Positions 52,777 to 64,000 of a stretch of 64,000 nt of DNA are shown here, in pieces. Source of the DNA: Negaprion brevirostris (lineage: Eukaryota). A program made the position numbers and the translations under genes. The stretch is taken from assembly GCA_030324005.1 (NCBI GenBank), contig JARDVH010000140.1:20681956-20745955 (forward strand), given 5' to 3'. The notes beneath the pieces were generated by a model. That model ran no database searches and was not told the DNA's origin. It saw only the letters and a program-made list of their open reading frames with translations. How positions within the stretch are numbered: the stretch's first letter is position 1; each line of letters opens with the position of its first letter.

Positions 52777-52968
52777 CACCCCACCACCCCCCGGCTAAAA
52801 CAGTATATCTCCCACTTTCAATGCCTTTCAGCTTTGACAAAGGGTCATCTGGACTCAAAACGTCAGTCTTTTCTCTCCTTACAGATGCTGCCAGACCTGC
52901 TGAGACTTTCCTGCATTTTCTCCTTTTGTTTCAGATTCCAGCATCCACGGTCATTTGCTTTTATTATT
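52777..52968 (+). mobile_element. Penelope-like element 3' end (pLTR) with hammerhead-like motif
   Basis: Homologous to 55130-55309: aaacagtata...tgacaaagggtcatctggactcaaaacgtc...cagatgctgccagacctgctgag...cagattccagcatcc...tttgctttt. Confidence 0.65.
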
Positions 52969-54525
52969 TAAAGTTTGATATAGTTTATATTATTTCGATG
53001 TTCCTTAAATGCTAACAGGGTTTGCTCTGTGCTCTTCCCAATACAGTCTCAAGTTATTCAGGAGAGTGAGACTTTATACCAATGGAAATTCTTTGTTTCT
53101 ATGAGGCTATGTACAGTAGAGCTGCAAGTGTCATTGGAGCACTCGAGATACTTTAAGAGTCAGTTGTTTATATATTTTTTATATATATAGTTTGTGCTTG
53201 CAAGCAAGTAAACATCAGGGTCTTAGCTTGACATTGAAAGCATGAAAAGCCTTCCTAAAAATCAAAATTTGCAAAGTGGGGCAATTTCAGTAAAAAAATA
53301 GAACTAGTTCCAATTAAATTGCATAGAAAAGATCAAAGGGGCCAAGTCAAATCCAGAGTGCTCTCTTATCCTCATACTGCTCCAGTAGCTCCTCCAGGGA
53401 CTAATAGCTGATGAGGTGTTTGACATAAGCAAAATAAGAAAATAAAGTTCTAAACTTCAGGAACAAAAGAAAAGACTGTCCCAACCTTGCTCTTAACATT
53501 GCTTCAAATGTCCATTAACACACAAAGCAAAAATACTCTGGAGCCACGCCAACCTCCCCAGGTAGAAGGTGCTCTCGATGCAGGCGTTTTGTTAACTAAT
53601 ACTTACAATAATCAACTCTGATTATATTAAGCTACAATTAATCTGCACCCTGGAATGTGTTGATAGGAAGTGGCATGCTGTTACTTAATTAAAACCAAAA
53701 GGATTAAAAATATTAATGGTATTAAATATTCTCCTAAACCACAAGCGCTGGAATTCTTGGCTAAATCTGCTCTTCTAATGCAAGCTTAAAATGAACAGTC
53801 ATTTACATCCTTTGAATCTTCAACCTCACATGCCAAGTATTACTTTGTTTAAGCTTATGACAAGATCACACCATGAATATGCATTTTAGCATTAGGAGCT
53901 GTCAAAAAGGCAGGGGGAAGCATTTTTGTGAAGCAAGTATGGTTTATGTAGCCAAAATTAAAAAATAAGATACCAAAGAAGCTGATCTATATAAATTAGC
54001 CTCCAGATTTAAGCTGCTAGTAAGATAACAGGATAGGTAGTCGCAGCAGGACAGCAGGGCCTTGGAAACATAACCTTGTATTTGAAGGATAACCTTTATG
54101 TGGAGTTGGGGGAGCATGGGTTGGCAAGCAGGAGATGGTGGTGATTTGGGAGGAGAATATAGGGGTCTCTTTAATTTACTTTACCTTTTTGTTCGTTCTG
54201 GTTCTGAAGCACTGATTGTCAATATATTGAGACCTTTTATGTGCCAGCAATCAGGAAATCCTAGCTGATTTTTGTTCTTTTCTACATCTCAAAACTTGGT
54301 GTGCTCCAACTCTCACCTAGCCTGATGTAAACATAAACCAAGGATTGAAGTTGAGATTCTGCAAGGTTACTGCCATGCCAAAAACTTCTATCTACCCACT
54401 AAGCCATTAGAAGGCTGTAAGTTTGTTTTAAAATGGCCAGATTTTTCAGGTAACTAAACACAATGGCAACCTCCAAGAACCACTTGAGCGTGGTTAAACA
54501 TGCTAAGAAGTTAGTTGCTATCTGA

Positions 54526-55309
54526 AACAAAAACAGAAAATGCTGGAAAATCTTTGCAGGTCTAACAGCACTTAGGGGGAGAGAATAGAGCCAATCAATG
54601 CTAGATTTGTCAGAGCAAAGAGAATCCGCAGAGATTTATACTGAGTGTGTGTTTGGGAGCGGAGGGGGAGGGGGGATGCGGAAGTGGAATAGAAGAAAGG
54701 GACTGTAAATGAGGATACAGAGGGCTGAGAAGGTGTTAAAAGTGCCCATTAAGTGATCAGAATGTGTGAATGGCGGAACAGAGGTATAGATGGTTAAAGG
54801 ACGGCGTGGGGATTATGGCTGTTGCGGTGAGGAAAGGGGAAGGAGGCAAGAAGGCGAGTTGGAATGGCGAAGTGGAAAAATGGAAGTGGCAAAGGATGAT
54901 AAAATGGATAAATGAGATGAAGCAAAATGAAATAAAATAAATGGAAATGGAGTGAATGTGGAGAAGAGAATTCATGCTCTGAAGCTGCTGATCTCATAGG
55001 CCGAGGCAGTCCCTTAACCATCTATATCTCTGTTCTGCCATTCTCTGATCACTTAATGGATGCTTTTAGCACTTTCTCAGCCTCCTGTATCCTCCTTTAC
55101 ATTCCCTTTGTTCCACTCCCCACCCTTCAGCCCACCCTAACAGTATAAATCTCTGTTGATTTTCTTTGCTCTTCACTCTGATGGAAGGTCACCTAGACTT
55201 GAAACGTTGGCTGTGTTCTCTCCGCACAGATATTGTGAGACCTGCAGAGATTTTGCAGCATTTTCCGTTTTTGTTCAGATTCCAGCATCCATGGCATTTT
55301 GCCTTTATA
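54526..55309. mobile_element. Penelope-like element: two oppositely oriented pLTR copies, 14-bp TSD
   Basis: About 280-bp inverted repeat (54523-54805 vs 55005-55280). TAGTTGCTATCTGA is duplicated at 54512-54525 and 55310-55323. A hammerhead-like core lies at 55178-55212. Confidence 0.7.
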
Positions 55310-55473
55310 TAGTTGCTATCTGAGTTGCTGTGCTTCTCCAAAAGCTGCATAAAAATATTACGCTGAGACACCCACCATTGAGGGTACATGGAACTGTTAC
55401 TGTAGATGTGTCATAAATGCCCAGTAAACATACCAGAAAAAAATGGAGTGTGCCCATTTCTGGGACAGTGAAT

Positions 55474-55737
55474 GTTTATTTATTAATCACAAGTAAGCTT
55501 ACACTAACACTGCAATGAAGTTACAGTGAAAATCCCTGAGTCGCCATACTCTGGCGCCTGTTCAGGTACACCTGAGGGAGAATTTAGCGTAGCAAATGCA
55601 CCTAACCATCGGACTGTGGGAGGAAACCCTTGCAGACATGGGGAGAACATGCAGATTCCATACAGACAGTGACCCAGGGAATTGAACCCAGGTCCTTAGT
55701 GCTGTGAAGTAGCAATGCTAACCACTGTACCACCGTG
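55474..55737 (-). mobile_element. HE1/V-SINE, alternative-tail subfamily
   Basis: HE1 head and V-domain, with tail gtttatttattaatcacaag...gcttacactaacactgcaatgaagttac...gtcgcca...ggcgcctgtt. Confidence 0.85.
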
Positions 55738-58497
55738 ACATGTCTCAGTCACTGCCAGGCAACATCACTGGCACTGAACAATAACTCTTATTAGTGTCAT
55801 GTCTCATTTCTTCAATTTATAATTATTGTTTGAGGTTTATAAGAAGTAGTCTTTTCTTTAGATCTCTTTTATTTCTATCTCTATTAATCCCATTATGGAA
55901 CACAACCTCCCAAGTTCCCCTTCCAGTCACCGCTCTGAATTGGAAACATATTAGCATTCCTTCACTGTCGCTNNNNNNNNNNNNNNNNNNNNNNNNNNNN
56001 NNNNNNNNNNNNNNNNNNNNNNNNNNNNNNNNNNNNNNNNNNNNNNNNNNNNNNNNNNNNNNNNNNNNNNNNNNNNNNNNNNNNNNNNNNNNNNNNNNNN
56101 NNNNNNNNNNNNNNNNNNNNNNNNTCTGGTGTCATTCATTTGCCACTAACTGCAAAATCTGGCCAGTGTTTTTTAAACCTTCCTCCAATTTGTTAAGTTC
56201 TTCAAGTGTACACTTGTACCACAGATACAGCTTGGACATCTGTAGAGGGGGTCCATCAATCTGTCCTATTACTTTAACACTGTTTAGTGTGCCTTTGCGA
56301 GTTGCGCTGGAGCTAATGACATAAGATGCACAGAGTATGTATCAAAGAGCAGTGCTTCATGGACAACTAACTTAATGTTAGAGGAGCACAGATGTGAGTG
56401 CCAGCTATCTATCAGCATTGAAATCATTCTAAACTTCTTTACCCTGTGGACTGCCTGAGCAGTTCTTTATTGCAGCATTGCACCAACGGTGCTGCTGGAA
56501 AAGCAAGCCTAAAATATAAAAAGCCTGCAAATGCTGGAAATCTGACTTAATAACAGAAAATTCAAGTCCGTCGGTATCTGTAAAGACACACCACTGTTTG
56601 TTAGAACTGTATTTCCAGTGTTAACTATTGTGAAATCAAAACCAGTTAGCCTGCACATGGGGAGGGACCTAATAGTTCTTTTGTTCAGTCAGGAATCAGA
56701 TTGCTGACAAGTTAAATTGTCACTTTGGAGTTGAATGTCATCCTGAATTGAAGTGGCAGCATCCAGTGACAGTCTCAAAGATGATTTTGGCAAACCGCAT
56801 GCTTGAGCTGAATCAGGATGTGTGGCCGCTGCAGCATTGTCCGCCCCGAGACTCAATTGCTGACTTTGCATCCTGGCCGTCCCCTAATGAAAACCTACCT
56901 TGCAAACCTCCCCAAGATGATGACCTTGCCACTTTCAGTAGGTCTCTGAGGAGCTTGTAGCAAAATGGATTCACGGTGTGCACTGAAACAAAATTGGAAG
57001 AAAATTAAAAAGAGTCAGCCACCTGACCAACTCAGCATTGAAGAAAATACAGAGTTCTGTTAAGCGCAAGATTCTGTCCTGAGGTTGTAAAAGGCACAGC
57101 GGTTTTACTTTGTAGTGTCTATATGATAGATGAGGGCCAAATCAAAAAAGGTATGCTCTTCACCGAAAGGCGCACTCTCACATTTGACTTGAAGCCATCT
57201 GTACGAGTTTGTGCTGTTTTCCAGTTGCTATTGGGAAGAACGTCCTCATAAAACTAAGAGAAAAGGAGGTTATTTGGTATGCTGACAAAGATCTTGTACT
57301 TGCTAGACTCCAGAGCTACATATAGCTCATCGGATGCAGCTGGAGGCGTATGGTAGTTGAGGACCAAAGCAAGAGTAGGAGAGAACCAATCTATCAATTG
57401 ACTGTTTACTGCAAGGGCTCTACAAGTTAACTTCTGTATCACAGCTGGGCTGATTATTCATTGTCTTTGAATGTCTCTAATATGTTTTATAACACAGGTA
57501 AAACTACACAATTTGTACAACTTGGTTGAATCACTATCGCAGTGATTAGACAGAAATGGACATAAGACCTTCAGTGGGCAAACTTGCGCACCATTCTCCC
57601 CAGTTAGTTAAAGTCAACTTGTTCCCTTGGGAAGCAAAAACTCTAGGGCCAATGTCACGAAAAAATTAATTCCTCTGCAAGGCAAGTTGTCTACAAGATG
57701 CATTGTTAAAAGTGCTTAAGTAGCCTCAGTATGCCTCATTTTCCTTGAGAACTTTTCTTTTGTAAATCACTATCAGCACAAGAAGTTCTGCAAGATTCTT
57801 GTTTTTAATCCCCAATTTCTCCATTCCTCTTCTGAAATTGTTGGCTCCTACTGCTGTTCAGTTTTGTGGGTGCAGGNNNNNNNNNNNNNNNNNNNNNNNN
57901 NNNNNNNNNNNNNNNNNNNNNNNNNNNNNNNNNNNNNNNNNNNNNNNNNNNNNNNNNNNNNNNNNNNNNNNNNNNNCACTGCCTTGTCTAAAAGTGGCGC
58001 CTTATCATGTGAGGCCAGTAAGTAAGTGTAAGCAGGCTGTTTAACCATGGGGACGCCAGAGCTATGACAAACGCTGATGTCCACATGCATGCATGCACTT
58101 TGCAGTTGTCACTGGATCCCATTGAGAAGTAGGAGAATTCTTCCTCCGGGTGTGTTTAATTCCATTGTAGCTAAGTGCTGCTCAGGCCAAGGTGAGTAGA
58201 CTGACAGTGGAGCCTGGAATTTCTATAATGTGATTGGTTTAAGATAGTAATGATGATAGCTGTACCCAAAGAACCATCGGAAAACATGCTGATTTAGCTG
58301 TTGGCTGGTAAACAAAGTTTTTACTTTAAACCATGTAGTTTCATACATTTTAAAATATCCATACAGGAAGTTAAACATTGACATGCTCCTATATAAAGAT
58401 ATTAAATATCTTGGCCTCCTTTTGAAAGGGTTGATTGTACAGGAATTTCTAAAGAGTCCAAAACTGCAAATTCTATTGAGATAGCTTCCTAGATCAA

Positions 58498-58778
58498 AAT
58501 AAAGTTTATTTATTAGTCACAAGTTGGCTTTCATTAATACTGCAATGAAGTTACTGTAAAAATCCCCTAATCGCCACATTGCGGCGCCTGTTTGGGTATA
58601 CTGAGAGAGAATTTAGCATGGCCGATGTACCTAACCAGCAGGTCTTTCAGACTGCGAGGGAAAACAGAGCACTCAGACGAAACTCTCACAGACACGTTGA
58701 GAACGTGCAGACTCCATACAGACATTGGCCCAAGTCAGGAATCGAATCCAGGTCCCTGGTGCCGTGAGGAGTAATGCT
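58498..58778 (-). mobile_element. HE1/V-SINE, alternative-tail subfamily
   Basis: aataaagtttatttattagtcacaag...actgcaatgaagttactgt...gcggcgcctgtt, followed by the V-domain and B box. Confidence 0.85.
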
Positions 58779-59520
58779 GCAGTAAAATTATTGTATTTAG
58801 AATATATTTTAAGAGCCAGAAAAGTGCTTTATGTTTGGATCTATGTAGAGAATGTTTCACATGGAGTGACAACCTTCCTTTACAGTTTTAAGATTTAAGT
58901 TGCTTCAGATATATGATTTGTTTTTTTTCAGTCACTGGACTTGGGTCTCACAGTTCGAGTACTGGAAGAAACCTTAGAAAGATCTTTATTTTGACAACAA
59001 GCTTAAATAAAATTAAAATTTTTGGATTTTTGCTGAGTTGAGCTGGCTCTAGATGCATTTAAAATGGCTGGCAGGACCCAATTCTTGGATTCCCACCTCC
59101 ATTCTCAGTGACAGCAATTTTTGCTGGTGTGGGATAAGGGAGCAAGCCCAAACCCTACATTGCTGACCTAGCTGGCTCCATTGGATGGGTAGAAGAGTAC
59201 CCCTCACAATGGGTGGCGTGTGGTTCATGATCCCTCAGGTGATCAGGATTTGGGAAAATTGAGCGTGACAAGGCCCTTTATATTGAAGCAGGTCTTCCCA
59301 ATTCGAGCCAGCTGCCTTGGCAGCCTGTTCATTTCCAGAATTAATTCCCATCTCTACAAGAACAACCATGTAACCTGGATAAAACCCAGTGTCAATGGAC
59401 TTCTTCATTGTAACTATCTTTAAACTTCATTGTAACATAATTAGAGTTGAACCTGAAGATTGTCACTCACTTCTGGTAACGTATCAAAAATGGATCGCTA
59501 AAAATCTTTCCCCTTTCCAG

Positions 59521-59657
59521 GCCTACCTGTGGGATGACAATAAGGATGTCGTAGAATGGCTGGAGAAACAGCTACTGGAGGAGGAAGGAGCTCGCTCAGT
59601 TATTGATGAGAACATCAAGTACATCTGCAGAGATTATATTCTCAAACAGATCCGAAG
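59521..59657 (+). CDS. ACACA: ACACA coding exon: AYLWDDNKDVVEWLEKQLLEEEGARSVIDENIKYICRDYILKQIR(S)
   Basis: ACC1-like penultimate exon; tttccAG acceptor, GTgaga donor; 137 nt. Confidence 0.96.
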
Positions 59658-60894
59658 GTGAGACTTGCTCTGATTTTCCTCTTTACAGAGTCGTCCAAAA
59701 ACTGTTCATTTTTAAGATTACTGATATTGCAGTTTATAAATCTCTCTCTCATGTATTAAAAGTGGCCTTTTCAGCATTAATCACACTTTGAATGGAAAGA
59801 AGGGGCACAAAACTAATTAGTAACAGGGGATAAAGGTTCTTCATGCTTTTATAGTTGTCTCAAATTTTCCAGGAAACAATCAAAAACCTCTTTACTGCTA
59901 TCCAGTTTTTTTAGGCCTCTTTCAAACATTTACTCTATTCTCCAACTCACGGGCAAGGCCACAGAAGATCCAACAATCTGGGGTGAGGGTGTTGGAATTG
60001 GGCAATGTGTACTTTACTTACTTTTTTTTTAAACCTTGTACAAACTAAATAGTTCAGTATTTTGTGTGCATCACTGCCACTGAGTACACAGTTATCAGGA
60101 ACCCTCTGCAGTCAGTGCAGAGATAAACGCACTGTCCANNNNNNNNNNNNNNNNNNNNNGGTGGATGTGTAGGGAGTGAGTTACAATTTCCAATTTGGAG
60201 TCAAATGGAGAGCAAACATGCCTCCTTGATCAATGTCAATGCAAAGATCCTGCGATTTGAGCTTGGCATTAACACAATATCTGGAAAATCAAAGACAAAA
60301 GAGATAGGGAGACAGTCGAGAGGAATCCCGAAGTGTGCTGATTGTAGTTCTTGTAGATCTTCACCCACCCCCTAGGCAGACCTCATTGTATTCTGGGACG
60401 GGTGATGCACCGTAGCATTTGAAAATCACTTCATGGTTAAACTAAAAAGCTGGCATTAAGTTGTGACAGCCGCTGGCAATTGGGAGGTGATAGTGACTGC
60501 ACTGTGGACTTAACTGGCTGGTAAAATGCTGCAGATGTTAAAATAGTCTTGTTGATATAGATAGTCCTGGCTGTTCTGGAACCTCACTATAATAATGATT
60601 GCTCATTAAGAGCAACTCTGGTGTAATGCACAGTCTGTTCACAGCACAGCTGTCCACACCACAGCTGTCCACTGTTGCTCTTGAGGATTTCTGGGTTCCA
60701 AATGTATTACGATTTAAATCACATCACTTGTGCTAATCGTACATTTTATGTCCTGTTGGTTTTAAACTATTGTAAGTAAATTAAGTCTTTTTTTAATTGC
60801 AGTTGTAATTGTCCCATTTTGTAATGTTGCCAGTCAGAAGATGACTGCTAAGCTCACAGGAAGCAATGATTTGATTGTACTTTTGTCTTTGCAG

Positions 60895-61009
60895 TCTGGT
60901 GCAAGCCAATCCTGAGGTTGCCATGGATTCAATTGTTCACATGACCCAACACATCTCACCTACTCAGAGAGCCGAAATTGTCCGCATTCTCTCAACAATG
61001 GATGCCCCT
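60895..61009 (+). CDS. ACACA: ACACA final coding exon (truncated by gap): (S)[38 protein letters not shown]...
   Basis: Nearly identical to the recalled vertebrate ACC1 C-terminus ([34 protein letters not shown]), which favours ACACA over ACACB. ttgcAG acceptor. The stop is not visible because Ns start at 61010. Confidence 0.93.
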
Positions 61010-61109
61010 NNNNNNNNNNNNNNNNNNNNNNNNNNNNNNNNNNNNNNNNNNNNNNNNNNNNNNNNNNNNNNNNNNNNNNNNNNNNNNNNNNNNNNNNNNN
61101 NNNNNNNNN

Positions 61110-62400
61110 GCCCCTGCTTCAACATAGAGGACACGCGGACTGGATTCTGCATGGAGCTGGCCGTTCCACTGCAACGGCCAAGGATAACAGACAAGGATGC
61201 AGAGGACATCCCGGAGTGCGGATACTCGAGCACAGAAATATGGACACTGCCGCACAGATACAATCGTAACCGTTTTTTATTTGTATCTGAGATGTAAGAA
61301 AAGGAACAATTTAATTTGACCAGATGTAGATTTTTGATGTGATAAGAAAAATGTATGCATTCCTGGCACTGGTTTGCACCCTGAACTCTAGTCCTCATGA
61401 AAGGTACTGAAGATGCCTTAAAGATAAAGTTTTCACACTTGCTGGTCCATAAAATTCTCATCAAGCTGCCAGCAACCAGATCTATAAATACTGTTCTCTG
61501 TTCTTTTGCAGGCATAACATGACGGCACACCTCATGAAGGGCATGTAGTACATTGTGGTGTGCAGTGCTAGTTAATTATGCAATTGATGTTGAGTGGTTT
61601 GCAGAAATATTTTAACATTTCTTTATGTAATCAGCTACCTTCACCAACCTGAACTGCTGCTGTAATTTATTTTTAAAGAAAAATTAAAAATAGGGACTGA
61701 CTCGACAGAATAATTAAGCAGCCAACTGAAAGTTACACCCACCCACCCACCCCCACAATTTGCCATTGACTTAAAAGTCTGAGAAGAGTTGTGCAGATAT
61801 GCAGAGACAGAGGGGTAGGGTCGATTATGCCAGTGCAGAAAAGATGCCCATTACATTAAGCCTCATAACTCTGAATTAATGAATCAGTGTGTACACCAGA
61901 AGGTGAAGATGTGAGTATTTGAGATTCTCCTATTAAAATTAAAAACATCAGATAGTTTGTTTCCAACTATGTTGCAAATTGAATTTTCATTGGTGCACGC
62001 TGCTGGTTAAGTGGCAGGTAGGTCTAAAGGATGCTGATATATATGGGCCAATTTTAGGGGGAAGGATTTATCGAGGGAGGAGGAGCAGTGGACATTTTCA
62101 GTGCCAGCTATTTTAATTTGATTTGCAGGAGGGCAAAATTACAATTTCATATTTACCATGAGCCTAATAATTGCCAAATCCAACACGGAGACTTGAGAAT
62201 AACACCAGTAATGAAATGTCAGGCGGAATCTGTGAAAGAAAAGCATCAGCATTTTCTCCTTGGCCTGGTTGCTGAAAGAAGGTTTCGCAGTTTGAATGTG
62301 CAAGGGTGTCAGCATGAGGAGGACTGTTTAAATAGACAGAGAAAATGTTGTTCACTGCAGCATTAATAAACACTTCAGTTTAACCCTTTCCTCAGTATTC
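61110..62400 (+). other. Probable ACACA 3' UTR; candidate poly(A) signal AATAAA at about 62365 (ATTAAA variants at about 61682 and 61932)
   Basis: Repeat-free sequence directly after the last coding exon. The true 3' end cannot be fixed from sequence alone. Confidence 0.5.
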
Positions 62401-64000
62401 TCCTAAAGGACTTAACAGTGCACCTTGAATCAGTCCAAAATAAGTGGTAGCTTTAAATCACTTCCCACCAATTTGTAATATTTTGCAGCCACGGTAAATG
62501 TTTCTATTGTCAGGCAGTGTGTGACTTTAGGGAAACAAAAAAATGTACATCTAATAAGAATCTAAATATTTAGTTTGCACTATGTAACATGTCTAAAATA
62601 CCAGTAACCAGGTCTGGAAGAGCTCCTGTAAAGATCTGTTGTATAATCTATAGCCGGGGTCTTCAAGCAGATTTTAAGCGTGTTGGATGGGGTGGTCATT
62701 AGTTACCTTGCTCAAGTGGGACAGCAATTGTTTGCACTTTCACCTGTATTTTACTTGGCTACTTTTAAAATTGATACAACTGTACAAACTATCAAAGGCC
62801 AGTCAAAAGAAAGTTTTGTGGCAGCAATGTAGCAACAGGGGGCATCCCCAGGTTCAGTGGCCCCAATTTCCTGACCTCACCTGACATGCTCTGTCTCCAC
62901 AAGGGAGAGATAAAAGCTGGAGAGTCATGGCTGACCCATCTAAGGAGCAGCTCCTTAAATCTCTCAACCACGAAAGGACAGAAACGATTTGCCTTTCTGG
63001 TAAGATGCCTTATCTCTCAGTCAGAGCAGTATGTAAGTGCAGGGTGACCTTAGGAGTTGAGTGACCAAGGAGATCAGAGAAGCCGGGGGATAAAGAGGGA
63101 TTCACACCTTCACTAAGCAAAGTGAAGATTCAGATTTACGCAGTCTGAGGATTTTGAGCCTTTGTGCAAAACAAGATAGTGGTTCAGACTGAACTATAAT
63201 CTCTGTCTTTCGCATATTCTATTCACACTGTTACAACCATCCAATTTAGGCACCAAAAAAAAGACTGTGCTGACCTCCATTTAAAAGACTGCCTGCTGAT
63301 ATCTGTTAGGATGATGCTTTTGAATACTTGCTGGAGGAAGATCTTTTCTGAGCAATTGGAGCAAAATCTGAAACTTATTTGTAAAGAATGGGTTTATGAT
63401 TTTAATGCAGCTAATGTTTAGAGAATTTCTTTCTCAGTATTGTAAATAGGTCAAATGTTCACTGGGGCCATTTCTTTGAATGTGTTCCTGTAATTTTAAC
63501 TGCAAACAGCATCTGTTCAACTTTAGACAGCTTCATAATGAATTACTTATTTTACAGAGCTTTTTTTTTCTTTGCAGTAATGCCCAATGATTTTTGCTTG
63601 GGCTTTGTAACTAATTATATCTTTTAAGTGTATTGCATATGTAGAGTACTAACTGTGCATTGAATGTCCCCACTGATTTAACTCATGCTTAAGTTTATAG
63701 AGTATTTCTAATGCCACATGTGTGCAAGTTTGGAGAATTTGTTTCTTAGAGCAACGTGTCCCTGTGTCAATAATTTCTAAGGCCCTCCAGCAGGGATTGC
63801 TACAGAGAGAAGTCACCTCCACACAATTCACATGGTAGAAATAGGATTCCTTGGTCTTCGGACAGGTGGCACTGTGGAGATAAAGACAGACCCAATTCAT
63901 CCAATTAGTTTCATGTTTTGTCTGTGATGCAACTCAAATTATTGTCCTTGTACGAGAAGAGCAGTTACAAAGCACAGTTCCTGCCTGTCTTTATATCCCA

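Noticed and set aside
4593-61009. Assignment to ACACB
   Set aside because: Diagnostic stretches ([34 protein letters not shown]) match recalled ACC1 better than ACC2.
61158-61180. Iron-responsive-element-like CAGUG loop
   Set aside because: CAGTG is on the antisense strand relative to ACACA, the loop is 7 nt and there is no bulged C, so it is not a canonical IRE.
1-64000. CRISPR arrays, operons or other prokaryotic systems
   Set aside because: The sequence is a spliced vertebrate locus, and no regularly spaced direct repeats were seen.

Overview
Eukaryotic (vertebrate) genomic DNA from a gappy draft assembly. The repeat content (HE1-type V-SINEs, shark-type CR1 LINEs, DeuSINE and Penelope relics) points to an elasmobranch, probably a carcharhiniform shark; this is inference. 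The window holds the last nine coding exons of acetyl-CoA carboxylase alpha (ACACA, + strand, carboxyltransferase domain to C-terminus, about 400 codons). All visible splice sites are GT-AG and phases join into one frame. The stop codon falls in or beyond an N gap at 61010-61109. The large introns are a mosaic of decayed mobile elements: a complete old Gypsy element with both LTRs and a 5-bp TSD, a solo LTR, a hAT transposase fossil, RTE/CR1/L2/Rex1-like LINE fragments, MITEs, two SINE subfamilies with different tails, and Penelope-derived elements carrying hammerhead-ribozyme-like motifs. Several repeat-free, homeobox-motif-rich blocks look like conserved enhancers, possibly of the LHX1 regulatory block. 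No clearly novel protein-coding system is evident. The most interesting signals are RNA-structural and retroelement-related.
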